NCBI GenBank assembly: GCA_048940445.1
Contig: JBHLON010000004.1
Location: 61,910-125,909, forward strand
From: Promethearchaeota archaeon
Lineage (GTDB): Archaea > Asgardarchaeota > Lokiarchaeia > Sigyniarchaeales > SOKP01
Reading direction: 5' to 3'
DNA length: 64,000 bases
Below are positions 50,504 to 60,653 of this stretch, piece after piece; position 1 is the stretch's first letter; the number at the start of each line of letters is the position of its first letter. The position numbers were made by a program, and so were the translations under genes. The notes under the pieces were generated by a model. That model was not told where the DNA came from, did no database searches, and worked only from the letters and a program-made list of their open reading frames with translations.

Positions 50504-51250
50504 ATGAAAAAATTTGAAAAAGGTATTGAAAAGCTTTTTTTCAAGGGAAAAGAATCTAAATGGAGCAAATGGCTCAGTTACATGATTATAGATGTTGTTT
50601 TAATGTTAGTAATATTTTATCTTCTTTTAAATACCATAATTTATAATATTACAGGAAGTCTTTATCCTCCAGGATCAGGATTCCGATTGAATTTTTTGGG
50701 AGATGATTACATCCCATTTATACCAGAAATGGTGATTTTCTACATTTATTTATTTTACTCAATGGTGATAATCTCAATGATCTATTTTGCATTTGTTAAA
50801 TCGGAGAAAGGTTATGCGTTTGCGTGGTCATTAGTTATTATTAATCTGATTGCAGATATTATTTACATTTTCTTCCCCGTTTCTACATATGTTTGGAGGG
50901 TGCAATTAGAGAATGCAAGTCAATATCAAGGAAACTTCTTTGCTCAAATAGTTTTTGGTTATTTTAACTCAGATACTTCATTTAACTGTTTTCCAAGTCT
51001 TCACGCTGCGGTATCGACTATTACGTTTTACGCATGGTATCGTTATTATAAAATAAAGCCTAATTTAAAGAAACTCTCGATAACTGTCATTACATTTATC
51101 ATAGCAGCCGGGGTTATTTTGTCGACACTATTTGTAAAACAACATTATATTCTGGACGAGATTGCAGGTATATTACTAGCATATTTAGTAGGAAGATTTA
51201 TATTTAATCGAATTTGGAAATCCCCTAAAAAACAAGAAAATACATCTTAA
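50504..51250 (+). CDS. PAP2-superfamily membrane enzyme (Aur1/IPC synthase-like)
   Basis: NCFPSLHAA and KQHYILD motifs; 6 TMs. Confidence 0.82.
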   Translation: MKKFEKGIEKLFFKGKESKWSKWLSYMIIDVVLMLVIFYLLLNTIIYNITGSLYPPGSGFRLNFLGDDYIPFIPEMVIFYIYLFYSMVIISMIYFAFVKSEKGYAFAWSLVIINLIADIIYIFFPVSTYVWRVQLENASQYQGNFFAQIVFGYFNSDTSFNCFPSLHAAVSTITFYAWYRYYKIKPNLKKLSITVITFIIAAGVILSTLFVKQHYILDEIAGILLAYLVGRFIFNRIWKSPKKQENTS

Positions 51251-51476
51251 GAATTATATTTTTAATTAAAATTTTAGTCTTTTTATTTCAAAATTTAAGT
51301 TTTTTAATAAGATAATATAAGAGAAAACAATAGAGCTTATTCCGGTTTTAATTTTTTGCTTCATTTTGTTCATCAATTAGAGCAAAATTTCCCACTTTCT
51401 CAAGTGTGTTAAGCCAATTTATAAAGCAAGACCAAATTAGATCAGGTAATTCTACATTCTCTTCATTCATGATGTT

Positions 51477-52289
51477 TCAATTTCCTGAAGATTTTAAGGA
51501 TCTATTGAAAAAGTTCAGAGCCATTTGCCAAGCATCCTCTGCTGCTACTTTATCATATATAGAACTAGTTTCATTAAAGAATGCATGTTGTACCCCTTTA
51601 TAGAGTTTCATAGCAAAGGTTTTTTTATGTTTGATCATGGCTTGTACAAGTGTTGGAATCCCAGCATCGACCATTTCATCCTCACCAGCATATATTGCCA
51701 GAACGGGGCCTTTTATATTTGATATAGAGTCAATTGACTTTGGGTTGGCCCCATAAAAAATTACAGATGCATTAAAAGAAAGAACAGTTGAAAGATGGAG
51801 CGCAAGACCTCCTCCAAAACAAAAACCAGTCACTCCAATTTTTTCATTCTTAATGATAGGTAGATTAACAAGATATTCATAGCAATCTTGTGCTTCACGG
51901 ACAATATTTTGCTCTAGAGACTGCCTTTCAAGGAAGAGAAGCTGAACAACTTCTCGATCATTATTTGACATATTTTCCATAAGGGCTTTCAATGAAGAAG
52001 GATCACTTCTTTTTTCTCTTGGGATGGAAAAAACTGGGCCCATTGCTTTTCGGATATTGTTCTCATTAAGAATCTTGCCATGGCTGCTAAAAAGATGGGG
52101 AGCTAATGCCACATATCCTTGTTCTGCATAACGCCTTGCTACCCCCTTAATTTGATCATTTAGACCCCATATTTCATGAATCACAAGGAGTCCTGGATAT
52201 TGACCAACTTCCTGAGGGTGTGCAATATAGGCGGTTATATCTATCCCATCAGAGCATTTAATTGTAAAGTTTTCTTCTATAATTTTCAT
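51477..52289 (-). CDS. Dienelactone hydrolase family
   Basis: HEIWG, GFCFGG, HAFFN. Confidence 0.92.
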   Translation of the reverse strand: MKIIEENFTIKCSDGIDITAYIAHPQEVGQYPGLLVIHEIWGLNDQIKGVARRYAEQGYVALAPHLFSSHGKILNENNIRKAMGPVFSIPREKRSDPSSLKALMENMSNNDREVVQLLFLERQSLEQNIVREAQDCYEYLVNLPIIKNEKIGVTGFCFGGGLALHLSTVLSFNASVIFYGANPKSIDSISNIKGPVLAIYAGEDEMVDAGIPTLVQAMIKHKKTFAMKLYKGVQHAFFNETSSIYDKVAAEDAWQMALNFFNRSLKSSGN

Positions 52290-52508
52290 GATTTTTTACT
52301 CAAATTTAGATGAATTCTATCATCTTTTATTTAAAAACGTTTTATCTATAAATTATTTGTATAAATTCTTTGTACCTAAAATATTGAATTTTAAAAAGTG
52401 TAAAGAGATATAATATTTTTAAGAGTATCTCCAACGTTCAAGTTAAATTGTTTATTATTTTTAAATTTTAAGGGAAGAATTTATTATTCTCAACGTCATC
52501 AATAAATT

Positions 52509-53792
52509 ATGGAATTAAGTTTACAAGAATGCCTAGCAACCCGTAAAGATTGCTCAGGTATAGGTCGTATTTTACCTTTTTCTGACATTTTAGAGCTTTG
52601 TAAGGCTGCACATGAAGGAGCCCCTTCAAAATTATTATATGTTATACTACCACAGGGAGAAGATTATGAAGGGGGTCTTTACACCTATAATGGTAAGGAA
52701 CTTGCGTTATTATCTGGTGCTGAGAAGACAACGTTTACGATGGAGTTATATCCTGAGTTAAATCATAAAGAAATAATGAATTTAGAAGACCTAATTAACG
52801 TGGGTCTTGTCTGGCAGTACCTATCTCTGAGAGCAGAAAATATAGGACTAGGAGTATCACAACGAGCTCGTGGACCTAAAAAGATCAATAAACTTGTAAA
52901 TTCTCTCACACATGAAGATCAAATCTTCTTATATTCAGTTGCAGTTCGAGAAGATAACGATAATACCGTGATTAAAGATACATCAGAACCACTCCAAAAG
53001 CAATTGGAAAATGGAACTTACCTCCTCAATACACCAGCCTGCTATGAGGATCAGGCTTTTTATAAGGGTAATTATAAAGGTATTTCTTTACATGATGCTA
53101 TTTTTAATAATGTTGAAAAGAGTACTATAGGTACCCGTACATTATATGAACTCTCACAATTACTCTGGGCATGTGAAGGGGAAAATGATCATGCCACTCA
53201 TGGAAACCGTGATAATTTGGAGAAAAATGGATTTGGCCGAGTTCATGCTTCTGGATGTGCAGGGTATTCCGTATATCCCCTTGTTCTTGTTAATAAGGTC
53301 GATGATTTACCTAAAGGTGCTTATATTTACAATCCAGTCGGATTTTCAGCATTAAAGCGATGGATTAGAGTAGATAATAACATATTTTATGATCATTACT
53401 TACAACAATATAGTTCTGAAAATATTTTTGATGATGTGAAAAATGAATTTGATGTTGATAGTTCTCAGTTTATTGTTCTTTTATGCATTGATAGATTGAA
53501 ACCTTGTTCAGGCTTTCTGCATCGTAAAATCATGGATACTACAAATTGGGCAGAAGTAGAAGCGGGTATGGCATTAGCAGGGCTACAATTACAAGCTAAC
53601 GCTTTAGGTTTGCGGTGGGAAAAAAAAATTATTTCATCTCCTGATAATCCTAAATATCGTGATATGTTTAAGTTAGATTATGCAGAGACGTCAATTAGTA
53701 AAATGGCTCAAACATTAGAAAATCTCCCGAAAAATGAACATTTATCATTAGTGGGAAAACTCATACCAATTGTTCTTTTTTATACAAAATAG
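52509..53792 (+). CDS. Nitroreductase-fold / SagB-like protein (divergent, two repeats)
   Basis: ELSQLLWA..G, R..ASG.A.Y..YP, G.Y.YNP, EAG....LQLQA.ALGL; an N-terminal degenerate copy is present. Confidence 0.65.
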   Translation: MELSLQECLATRKDCSGIGRILPFSDILELCKAAHEGAPSKLLYVILPQGEDYEGGLYTYNGKELALLSGAEKTTFTMELYPELNHKEIMNLEDLINVGLVWQYLSLRAENIGLGVSQRARGPKKINKLVNSLTHEDQIFLYSVAVREDNDNTVIKDTSEPLQKQLENGTYLLNTPACYEDQAFYKGNYKGISLHDAIFNNVEKSTIGTRTLYELSQLLWACEGENDHATHGNRDNLEKNGFGRVHASGCAGYSVYPLVLVNKVDDLPKGAYIYNPVGFSALKRWIRVDNNIFYDHYLQQYSSENIFDDVKNEFDVDSSQFIVLLCIDRLKPCSGFLHRKIMDTTNWAEVEAGMALAGLQLQANALGLRWEKKIISSPDNPKYRDMFKLDYAETSISKMAQTLENLPKNEHLSLVGKLIPIVLFYTK

Positions 53793-54498
53793 ATTATTGA
53801 AAATTATGCCCATCATCAATTATTATATTTCAATTATTAGTATCATTACTTACATATTTAATATAGTTAGTGCGCTTTTATTTGCTTCAATAATAATTGA
53901 TCGGTTATATATTTCTAAAAAATTCAGTAAAGAGAATAATTTTGATTTCTATAATGATTTATTTTCTTGGGAAATTTTTTTCATTGCAATTGGATTTATA
54001 AACATAATGGAAATTATCCTACTATTTATGATGATTGATGAGTTCCTTTCTTATATTTTGTTTAAAATCATCATTCTAATCATGTTTTCTGCATTTTTTA
54101 TGAAAGTTTTCCATGTACAGAAAATAATGAGAGTAATCACATACGAAAGACATTATTATATGGGTTTTATTCTTTTCCCAATTATTTTGATCTTCTTAAT
54201 ATTCAATATTCCAATCCTATCTTTAATTTTGATATTTATTTTTGCTTCCTTATTTCCGTTTTTACTTTTTTTTTCATTCTTGAGAAATAAAGAGATAACA
54301 AAAAAAAATTCAATAAAAATATGCATAGGGGCAATATTTCTTGCATTTGGGTGTGCCATAACAGCAGAATATACAGAGAGCTTTATTGTATTTAACGAAT
54401 TTTTAAATTATCTATACAGTATAATTAGTATAACTATTCCTATTGTTTTTATTCTCGGTTCATTCCTTATTTATGATAGCATTCGGAAATACTTGTAA
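53770..54498 (+). CDS. Polytopic membrane protein
   Basis: About 7 TM segments; probable start MPIIN. Confidence 0.65.
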   Translation: MFFFIQNRLLKIMPIINYYISIISIITYIFNIVSALLFASIIIDRLYISKKFSKENNFDFYNDLFSWEIFFIAIGFINIMEIILLFMMIDEFLSYILFKIIILIMFSAFFMKVFHVQKIMRVITYERHYYMGFILFPIILIFLIFNIPILSLILIFIFASLFPFLLFFSFLRNKEITKKNSIKICIGAIFLAFGCAITAEYTESFIVFNEFLNYLYSIISITIPIVFILGSFLIYDSIRKYL

Positions 54499-54522
54499 TA
54501 TAATATAAAATTTAGAAATGAA

Positions 54523-55440
54523 CTATTTTATATGAAAACTCTTTTTTGATTGTCTTAAAATGTAATTCCAAAAACTAGTTTTTAATTCACTTGACTCTTC
54601 TTCTCTTCTTCGGATGAAGAATAAGGGTCTTTTAACAATGATAGGATGACTTTTTATCTCTAATATTTTGATTAAGCCGGCATTTTCAGCTTTTATTGCC
54701 ATTATTTCACTCATTATGCTAAGATAATTTGATTCGCTAACTGTAGAAATAATGGAATCATTATCATTAATCTCTAATTCGATATTTAATTTGTTATAAT
54801 CAGGAAATTGTTGGCAAAAAGTATCTCGCGTCCCAGAGCCTTTTTCTCTCCAAACGAAAGGATACTTTAATATATCTTCAAATTTTACTATATTATTACC
54901 GCGTTTTACTAACTCATGATCGGGAGCACATATAAATTTGAGTTGATCTTCTCCAATTTGTACATATTCAAAATCATCCTTGTTGTAATTGAGAAAGCTA
55001 CCTATACCTGCAAACTCTGCTATTTTTTTGTTTAGATTCTCAATTGATTTTTGAGAATTATTTATCAAAATCTTAAAATTAACATTAGGATTCATATTTC
55101 GAAATTCAGCAATAAATTTAGGCAATATGTGAGAACCTGGGGTAGTAGAGGCTGAAATAACAATTTCTTCAAGTTTTTGCTCACTAAATTTAATTAATTC
55201 TGCCTCACATCCATCATAAAGATTTACTATTTGTTTAGCATAATTTAAAAGAATCCTACCCGGTTCTGTTAAATTAAACCTTTTTGTGGATCGTTCAATT
55301 AGAATGACACCAAAATCTTTTTCTAATTGAGAGATTTGATGTGATAGGGTACTTTGAGAAATAGGGATATCTTTCGCTAATTCTGAGAAACTCTTATACT
55401 GTGTTAATTTTATAAAGTTCCTTAAATACTCAATATTCAT
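54523..55440 (-). CDS. LysR-family regulator (CysL/HrsM-like)
   Basis: SFSE.A....SQSTLS.QI.QLE HTH; ASTTPG; REKGSGTR. Confidence 0.9.
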   Translation of the reverse strand: MNIEYLRNFIKLTQYKSFSELAKDIPISQSTLSHQISQLEKDFGVILIERSTKRFNLTEPGRILLNYAKQIVNLYDGCEAELIKFSEQKLEEIVISASTTPGSHILPKFIAEFRNMNPNVNFKILINNSQKSIENLNKKIAEFAGIGSFLNYNKDDFEYVQIGEDQLKFICAPDHELVKRGNNIVKFEDILKYPFVWREKGSGTRDTFCQQFPDYNKLNIELEINDNDSIISTVSESNYLSIMSEIMAIKAENAGLIKILEIKSHPIIVKRPLFFIRRREEESSELKTSFWNYILRQSKKSFHIK

Positions 55441-55601
55441 TTATTTCCCATTTCTATTATGAGTTTATCTAAGAAAAATGAAATCTTCAATAATAATTAA
55501 CAATTTACATTATTTAATCTTTTATCCAAAAAATGAATATTTAATTTCGAAAAAACTAATAAATCATTATTCTTTCAAAATCATAATTATTTTAAAAATA
55601 T

Positions 55602-55976
55602 ATGAAGTCAATAAAGATGGCTGAAAAGAGTAAAATATTTACTGTTGTTATCGGAGATGGACCTTATACCAAAGAACGCCCTTATACATTGTTAAGATTC
55701 GTTTATACTGCCTTGTTAGGGGGTCATAAAGTAAATATCTTTTTAGTAGAAGATGGAATATTTACAGGAAAAAGAAACCAAGACCCAGCAAGTTATGATA
55801 ACATCGGAAAATGGATGGCAGATGTTATTGAAGAAGGCGCAAAAGTAGAAGCATGCTCAGTTTGTATGAAAGCTAGAGGTGTCTCCGAAGACGAGTTGAT
55901 GGAGGGTATTTCTCCCACTACTATGCATAGATTTGTTGATATGTGTGCTGAAGCAGATAATATATTATTTAGTTAA
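55602..55976 (+). CDS. DsrE/DsrF-like sulfur relay protein
   Basis: GPY, FLVEDG, CSVCMKARG. Confidence 0.88.
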   Translation: MKSIKMAEKSKIFTVVIGDGPYTKERPYTLLRFVYTALLGGHKVNIFLVEDGIFTGKRNQDPASYDNIGKWMADVIEEGAKVEACSVCMKARGVSEDELMEGISPTTMHRFVDMCAEADNILFS

Positions 55977-55991
55977 AATTTAATAAATTTA

Positions 55992-56228
55992 ATGAGAATT
56001 ATGACTAACACTCATAAATTAAATTGTACTGGTTTAGTATGTCCTTTACCAGTGGCAAAAACGAAAAGGAAATTAATGGAATTAGAATCAGGTGACATTC
56101 TAGAAGTTTCTGGTGATTTTGCTGAAGCTGGTGAAAATATTAAAAGATATATCTCTAAAACAAAACACAAAATAGTCGATTTTAAAATTGAAGGAGAAGA
56201 TTTTAATATAAAAATACAGAAAGAATAA
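55992..56228 (+). CDS. TusA/SirA sulfur carrier
   Basis: L.C.GLVCPLP motif; GDILEV. Confidence 0.9.
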   Translation: MRIMTNTHKLNCTGLVCPLPVAKTKRKLMELESGDILEVSGDFAEAGENIKRYISKTKHKIVDFKIEGEDFNIKIQKE

Positions 56229-56319
56229 GATCCTTTTGTCTCTTTAACCAAAATTGAAATAATCTTATATGATCCCCTAATTTAATAGATCTTATAGTAG
56301 ATCAAATAGGAAAAAAATT

Positions 56320-56526
56320 ATGCCAGTTATTCATGTAAATATGTGGAAAGGAATCTCAAAAGAAAAGGTAAAGCAAATAATATCGGGAATAACTAAGGTC
56401 TTTATTGATATGGGAATACCTGCTCGAGCAGTAGAAGTCATTGTTCATGAAATCCCTAAAAGTCATTGGGGTATAGAAGGAAAACCAGCTACAGAGTCTC
56501 TTCCTGACGAACAACCTCCAGTATAG
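56320..56526 (+). CDS. 4-oxalocrotonate tautomerase family
   Basis: N-terminal Pro (MPVI), HWGIEG; 68 aa. Confidence 0.9.
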   Translation: MPVIHVNMWKGISKEKVKQIISGITKVFIDMGIPARAVEVIVHEIPKSHWGIEGKPATESLPDEQPPV

Positions 56527-56867
56527 CATTATTAAAATGATGAATAAAGAAGTTGAAATCATTAATTAAACGACTTTAAATCTAACTAGTTATCTAAAAA
56601 AGAGACTTCCAATAATAATCATCAAATAACCTAATACGAATAGAGCGGAAAATCCTATAATTGTAAGGATATAAGTATAATATTTTGTAAATCTCATTTT
56701 AATTTCCCCCGTATTAAATTATCTTATTCATTATAATCTAGCTAAATAGATTATATAAAAATTATGAATATAGATTATAATAAATTGTATAATTTGAATT
56801 AATTTAGAATCATTATATTTGAATAATAATAAGAAAAAGTAAATTTATAAAATACAAGAAATTAAAA

Positions 56868-58019
56868 CTAGCGTTTTATACGAGCTGATACCCAATCGTA
56901 ATACCCTTTATCTTCCATCTCTTTTGGGATTTCAGCAAAGAATTGAGCTGTAATGTCTTTAAGGTGTCTTGCTGCAACTGGATGGAACATCATAGCGAGA
57001 TCAAGCCCTACCAATGAGAGTGCTAAGGCATTTATAACTTCCCAAATTGGGCCTCTGTACTCTCTTGGACCCCATTCAGGGGCTAGCTTCTCACTCATCC
57101 ATGCTTCCCGAGCACCCCATGCATTTGTGGTTCCCCCACTAATTGGATAAGCTAGGTCTTCCTCACCTAATAAGCCTGCAATGCGCATTCTCTGATAAAT
57201 ACTGAAACTATATTCCATACCATATCCCAAAGTTGCGCACGTGGGGTCCATTACGATTCGATTTCTAGGTAATCCTAATTCAATTGCATCTTTATTCATT
57301 TTAATTTGATTGTTCAAATCCAAACTTGTCCAAAGCAGACAATTATGATCATATTGTACAGCTAAGGGAATCACTTCTTCCCACGTAGCTTTATCTGCTG
57401 CTGATAGCATTAAAACATCTGCTTCTGCAACTTCGGCTAGTACTTTAAACATTTCTACATCTTTCTTTTTATTGCCAGAACACCCAATGATTACTGGTAC
57501 ATCAACAGCTTGAAGTATTTCTTCAAATAATTTTTTCGATTTTGTAACTGGCCAATCTAAAGTACCAGGATCAATCCCTAAAGAGTGAAAAGTAATGCAT
57601 TCTGCACCAAATTTATCAACGGCAAATTTTGCCCATTTTGCCGGATCTGCTAAAACATCTTTATATTCTTGTTTAATGGGTTTTGGAAGGATCATCTCAG
57701 ATCCCATATCAAATACATCATATGTAACTAAAGGTGGATGTGGATTACGTTTATCAAGTCCAAGGAAGTTATAGAAAGGCGGGACAACTTCTCCTCCGAT
57801 GATTGCCTTCTTACCATTAGCTCGTATAAATTCAATTGTTTGGATTTTTCCAGGATAAGACACATCAAGGGAAAATTTTGTTGATGTCCATTCTGCTTTT
57901 CCAATACCAGGAAGAGCAGCTTGAGCAGCAGTCTGAACGATACTTGGGAGCATTTGAAATTCCAAATATTCAGCAAAAAGATCGACATCTTTAAGTTCTA
58001 AAGATTCTGTATCTTTCAT
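56868..58019 (-). CDS. cdhD: Acetyl-CoA decarbonylase/synthase delta subunit (corrinoid Fe-S protein small subunit)
   Basis: IGGE..PFY, DP..WAK, VDVP.IIG.SGN, MDPT...LGYGMEYS, NAWGAREAW, MMFHP. Confidence 0.93.
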   Translation of the reverse strand: MKDTESLELKDVDLFAEYLEFQMLPSIVQTAAQAALPGIGKAEWTSTKFSLDVSYPGKIQTIEFIRANGKKAIIGGEVVPPFYNFLGLDKRNPHPPLVTYDVFDMGSEMILPKPIKQEYKDVLADPAKWAKFAVDKFGAECITFHSLGIDPGTLDWPVTKSKKLFEEILQAVDVPVIIGCSGNKKKDVEMFKVLAEVAEADVLMLSAADKATWEEVIPLAVQYDHNCLLWTSLDLNNQIKMNKDAIELGLPRNRIVMDPTCATLGYGMEYSFSIYQRMRIAGLLGEEDLAYPISGGTTNAWGAREAWMSEKLAPEWGPREYRGPIWEVINALALSLVGLDLAMMFHPVAARHLKDITAQFFAEIPKEMEDKGYYDWVSARIKR

Positions 58020-58265
58020 TATTTCAGCAAGTTTTTTACTAATCTCTTCAAATGAAATTTTATCTCACTTTTATTTTCTGGATATAAGATAGGTAGGGAA
58101 TTGATGAATTGAATTTAAAATTATGTGATGCAAATGGATCAAGGATCAACGAACTTAATGTTTTTTAAACCATTTTGAAAGGAAACAAAATGAAAATTTA
58201 TCGAAATTGATAATTCTTTAAATAGAATGAATGTCGAATTTCGTAATTTTATTCAAAAATCAAAA

Positions 58266-59939
58266 TTAATCACCATAATATTTTCCTGCAGCTTTTAGTT
58301 TATCTTTTTCTTGTTCTTCTAACTTTTTAAAATCTATTTTTCCAACAAGTGTTTTAGGTAATAGTCTACAAAATTCGATTTCTCGAGGGCAACTCCACCT
58401 AATTAGATTTTCATTACAAAAATCAATTAACTTTTCTTCCATTTCCTTGGTTTCTTTGTCAGGATCTTTTAAAACCACAAAAGCCTTTACTTTTTCTACT
58501 TGCTTTTCATCAGGTACACCAATAACGCACGATTCAAGGACGTCTGGATGTTTATAAAGAACATTTTCGACTTGAACAGGATAAACATTAAAACCAGATG
58601 ATTTTATCATACGTTTTAATCTGATTTTAAAATAGAAAAATCCATCCTTATCCATTGTCGCAATATCTCCAGTATGGAGCCATATTCTTCCATCTTCATG
58701 CTTTTTTAATGTTTTTGCAGTTTCTTCTGGGTTATTTAAGTAACCTAACATTACGGCGGGACCTTGAACACATAATTCGCCTTCTTGACCAATAGGTGCT
58801 TCTTTTATAGTTTCAAGCTCAACAATCTTCATCATCATATCTGGAAGAGGAATTCCAATGCTTCCTTCTCGATATTCACCTAAGGGCATGGCACAAATTC
58901 CAGTAACAGCTTCAGTCAAGCCATATCCTTCTCTTAGTTGAACGTTGGAACCATTGTTTCTACAGATTTCTTCAAATCTTTCTTTCGTAATACGGGGTAG
59001 AGTATCGGCGCCGCAGAAAGCAGCCTTTAGAAAGCTCAAATTAATGTTTTGGAATTTTTGATTTCGATTAAGGGCTTCATATAACGTTGGCACTCCAAAA
59101 AGCAAGGTAGGCTTTTTAGTTTTGATTAACTCTGCAACCTGATCCGGAGTAAATGATGGTACTAGGATACTTTTTCCTCCTCCCATGAATACTGCATTAA
59201 CACATACACCAAGTCCAAATCCATGAAATATTGGTAAAATTGCCAGAGCAGAATCTTTATCCGACATATCCATCCATGTAGCTACTTGCGTTCCTTCAGC
59301 TATAAAATTGTAATTAGAAAGCATGATTCCCTTTGGAATACCAGTAGTACCTCCTGAATATAAAATCACAGCCATGCCATCAGGATCCATCTCAAAAGTA
59401 GGTATTTCAGAGTAAGATTTAGCCATTATATTTTTCCACCATTGGATTTTAGGGTCTTCAATAATGCTTTTTCCTTCTTGGCCTAATTGGGTTAAAATAG
59501 CTATTTTTAATGGTGTTTTGTCTATTATTTTCTCTACATTTGCATAAGCTTTATCAATAGTAAGCATAAATGAACTATTACTGAGGTTCAAAAAGAATTC
59601 AATCTGTTTTGGGGGACTTAAAGGATGAATCATACTTGCAATTGCTCCAATTTTATTAATTGCATAGAAGCAAACAACTCCTTGAGGTGTTGTGGGCATA
59701 GATATTGTCATTCGATCTCCTTTGTTCAATCCTAGACTAAAAAGAGCTTTAGCACATTGATCAACTTGGTCCACCAATTGTCTATAAGTAGATTCATATC
59801 CCATAAAATCATAAGCTATTGAGTCAGGGTATTTCTCAGCAGTTTGTAATACTGCATTATACATGGTAGTTCTAGGATAGTCTATCTTATCAGGTACGTG
59901 CGGATCATAAAATTTTAACCATGGCTTTTTTTCATACAT
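58266..59939 (-). CDS. Long-chain fatty acid-CoA ligase
   Basis: YSGGTTGIPKG, EGYGLTE, HTGD, LPKTLVGK. Confidence 0.93.
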   Translation of the reverse strand: MYEKKPWLKFYDPHVPDKIDYPRTTMYNAVLQTAEKYPDSIAYDFMGYESTYRQLVDQVDQCAKALFSLGLNKGDRMTISMPTTPQGVVCFYAINKIGAIASMIHPLSPPKQIEFFLNLSNSSFMLTIDKAYANVEKIIDKTPLKIAILTQLGQEGKSIIEDPKIQWWKNIMAKSYSEIPTFEMDPDGMAVILYSGGTTGIPKGIMLSNYNFIAEGTQVATWMDMSDKDSALAILPIFHGFGLGVCVNAVFMGGGKSILVPSFTPDQVAELIKTKKPTLLFGVPTLYEALNRNQKFQNINLSFLKAAFCGADTLPRITKERFEEICRNNGSNVQLREGYGLTEAVTGICAMPLGEYREGSIGIPLPDMMMKIVELETIKEAPIGQEGELCVQGPAVMLGYLNNPEETAKTLKKHEDGRIWLHTGDIATMDKDGFFYFKIRLKRMIKSSGFNVYPVQVENVLYKHPDVLESCVIGVPDEKQVEKVKAFVVLKDPDKETKEMEEKLIDFCNENLIRWSCPREIEFCRLLPKTLVGKIDFKKLEEQEKDKLKAAGKYYGD

Positions 59940-59965
59940 ATAAAATCAACTTGTTTCTGCTTTTC

Positions 59966-60484
59966 CTATATTTTGATATTACTTTTTTTCATTTTGAATA
60001 CCAATAATCCTGTGATCATAATGATAGATGCTAAGATAAAAAACGAATCATATCCCGGAATGATGGGAAGGTAATACCGGGTTAATTCTTTGTTACAATA
60101 AATAAAATACGTATCTGGTCCATAATCAAGTAAGATAATTTGAAAATAATAAATTTTAGATTCTGTTGCATTGTAATATAGGTAAGGATTTTCGATCAAG
60201 CTGTAATTGATAGCTGCAGTAAAAATTTCTCGGTTTAAAGTTTTATCCAGATTAACGTAGGTATCCATAGGACGCTGATCAAAGAGAAAAAGAGTAAAGT
60301 TCCCAGAACCCGAGTGGGTTACACTTATTTCAATAGTTTCTCCCTCATTTAATGCTGTTAAAAAAAATGCTGAAATGCCCTCATTTATATTATCAGAATA
60401 TTGATAAGCTCGTGCTGAAGGTAGGCATAATAACACAATCAAGATTGAAAATGGTAAAATAAGTACTTTCTTTTTCATTGTCAC
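59966..60484 (-). CDS. Surface protein with IPGY (Loki-CTERM-like) anchor
   Basis: Signal peptide (ARA); C-terminal IPGY + TM + KMKK. Confidence 0.75.
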   Translation of the reverse strand: MTMKKKVLILPFSILIVLLCLPSARAYQYSDNINEGISAFFLTALNEGETIEISVTHSGSGNFTLFLFDQRPMDTYVNLDKTLNREIFTAAINYSLIENPYLYYNATESKIYYFQIILLDYGPDTYFIYCNKELTRYYLPIIPGYDSFFILASIIMITGLLVFKMKKSNIKI

Positions 60485-60653
60485 TAGATTATGAATCTTT
60501 CAAATTGAATATATAATTATAATTTTAAGCTTTATTTAGATTTTTCAAAAAAGAGGTTTAAAATTAATTAAAAGAGAAATTTTTTTCAATGAAGGTTAAA
60601 TCTTAATTATTATTCGATCTAAGAAGTATTAAATTCCCTATAACCGAATAAAT

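Noticed and set aside
55602-56228. Possible selenoproteins or SECIS elements near the DsrE/TusA genes
   Set aside because: No in-frame TGA at the Cys positions and no convincing SECIS hairpin was seen.
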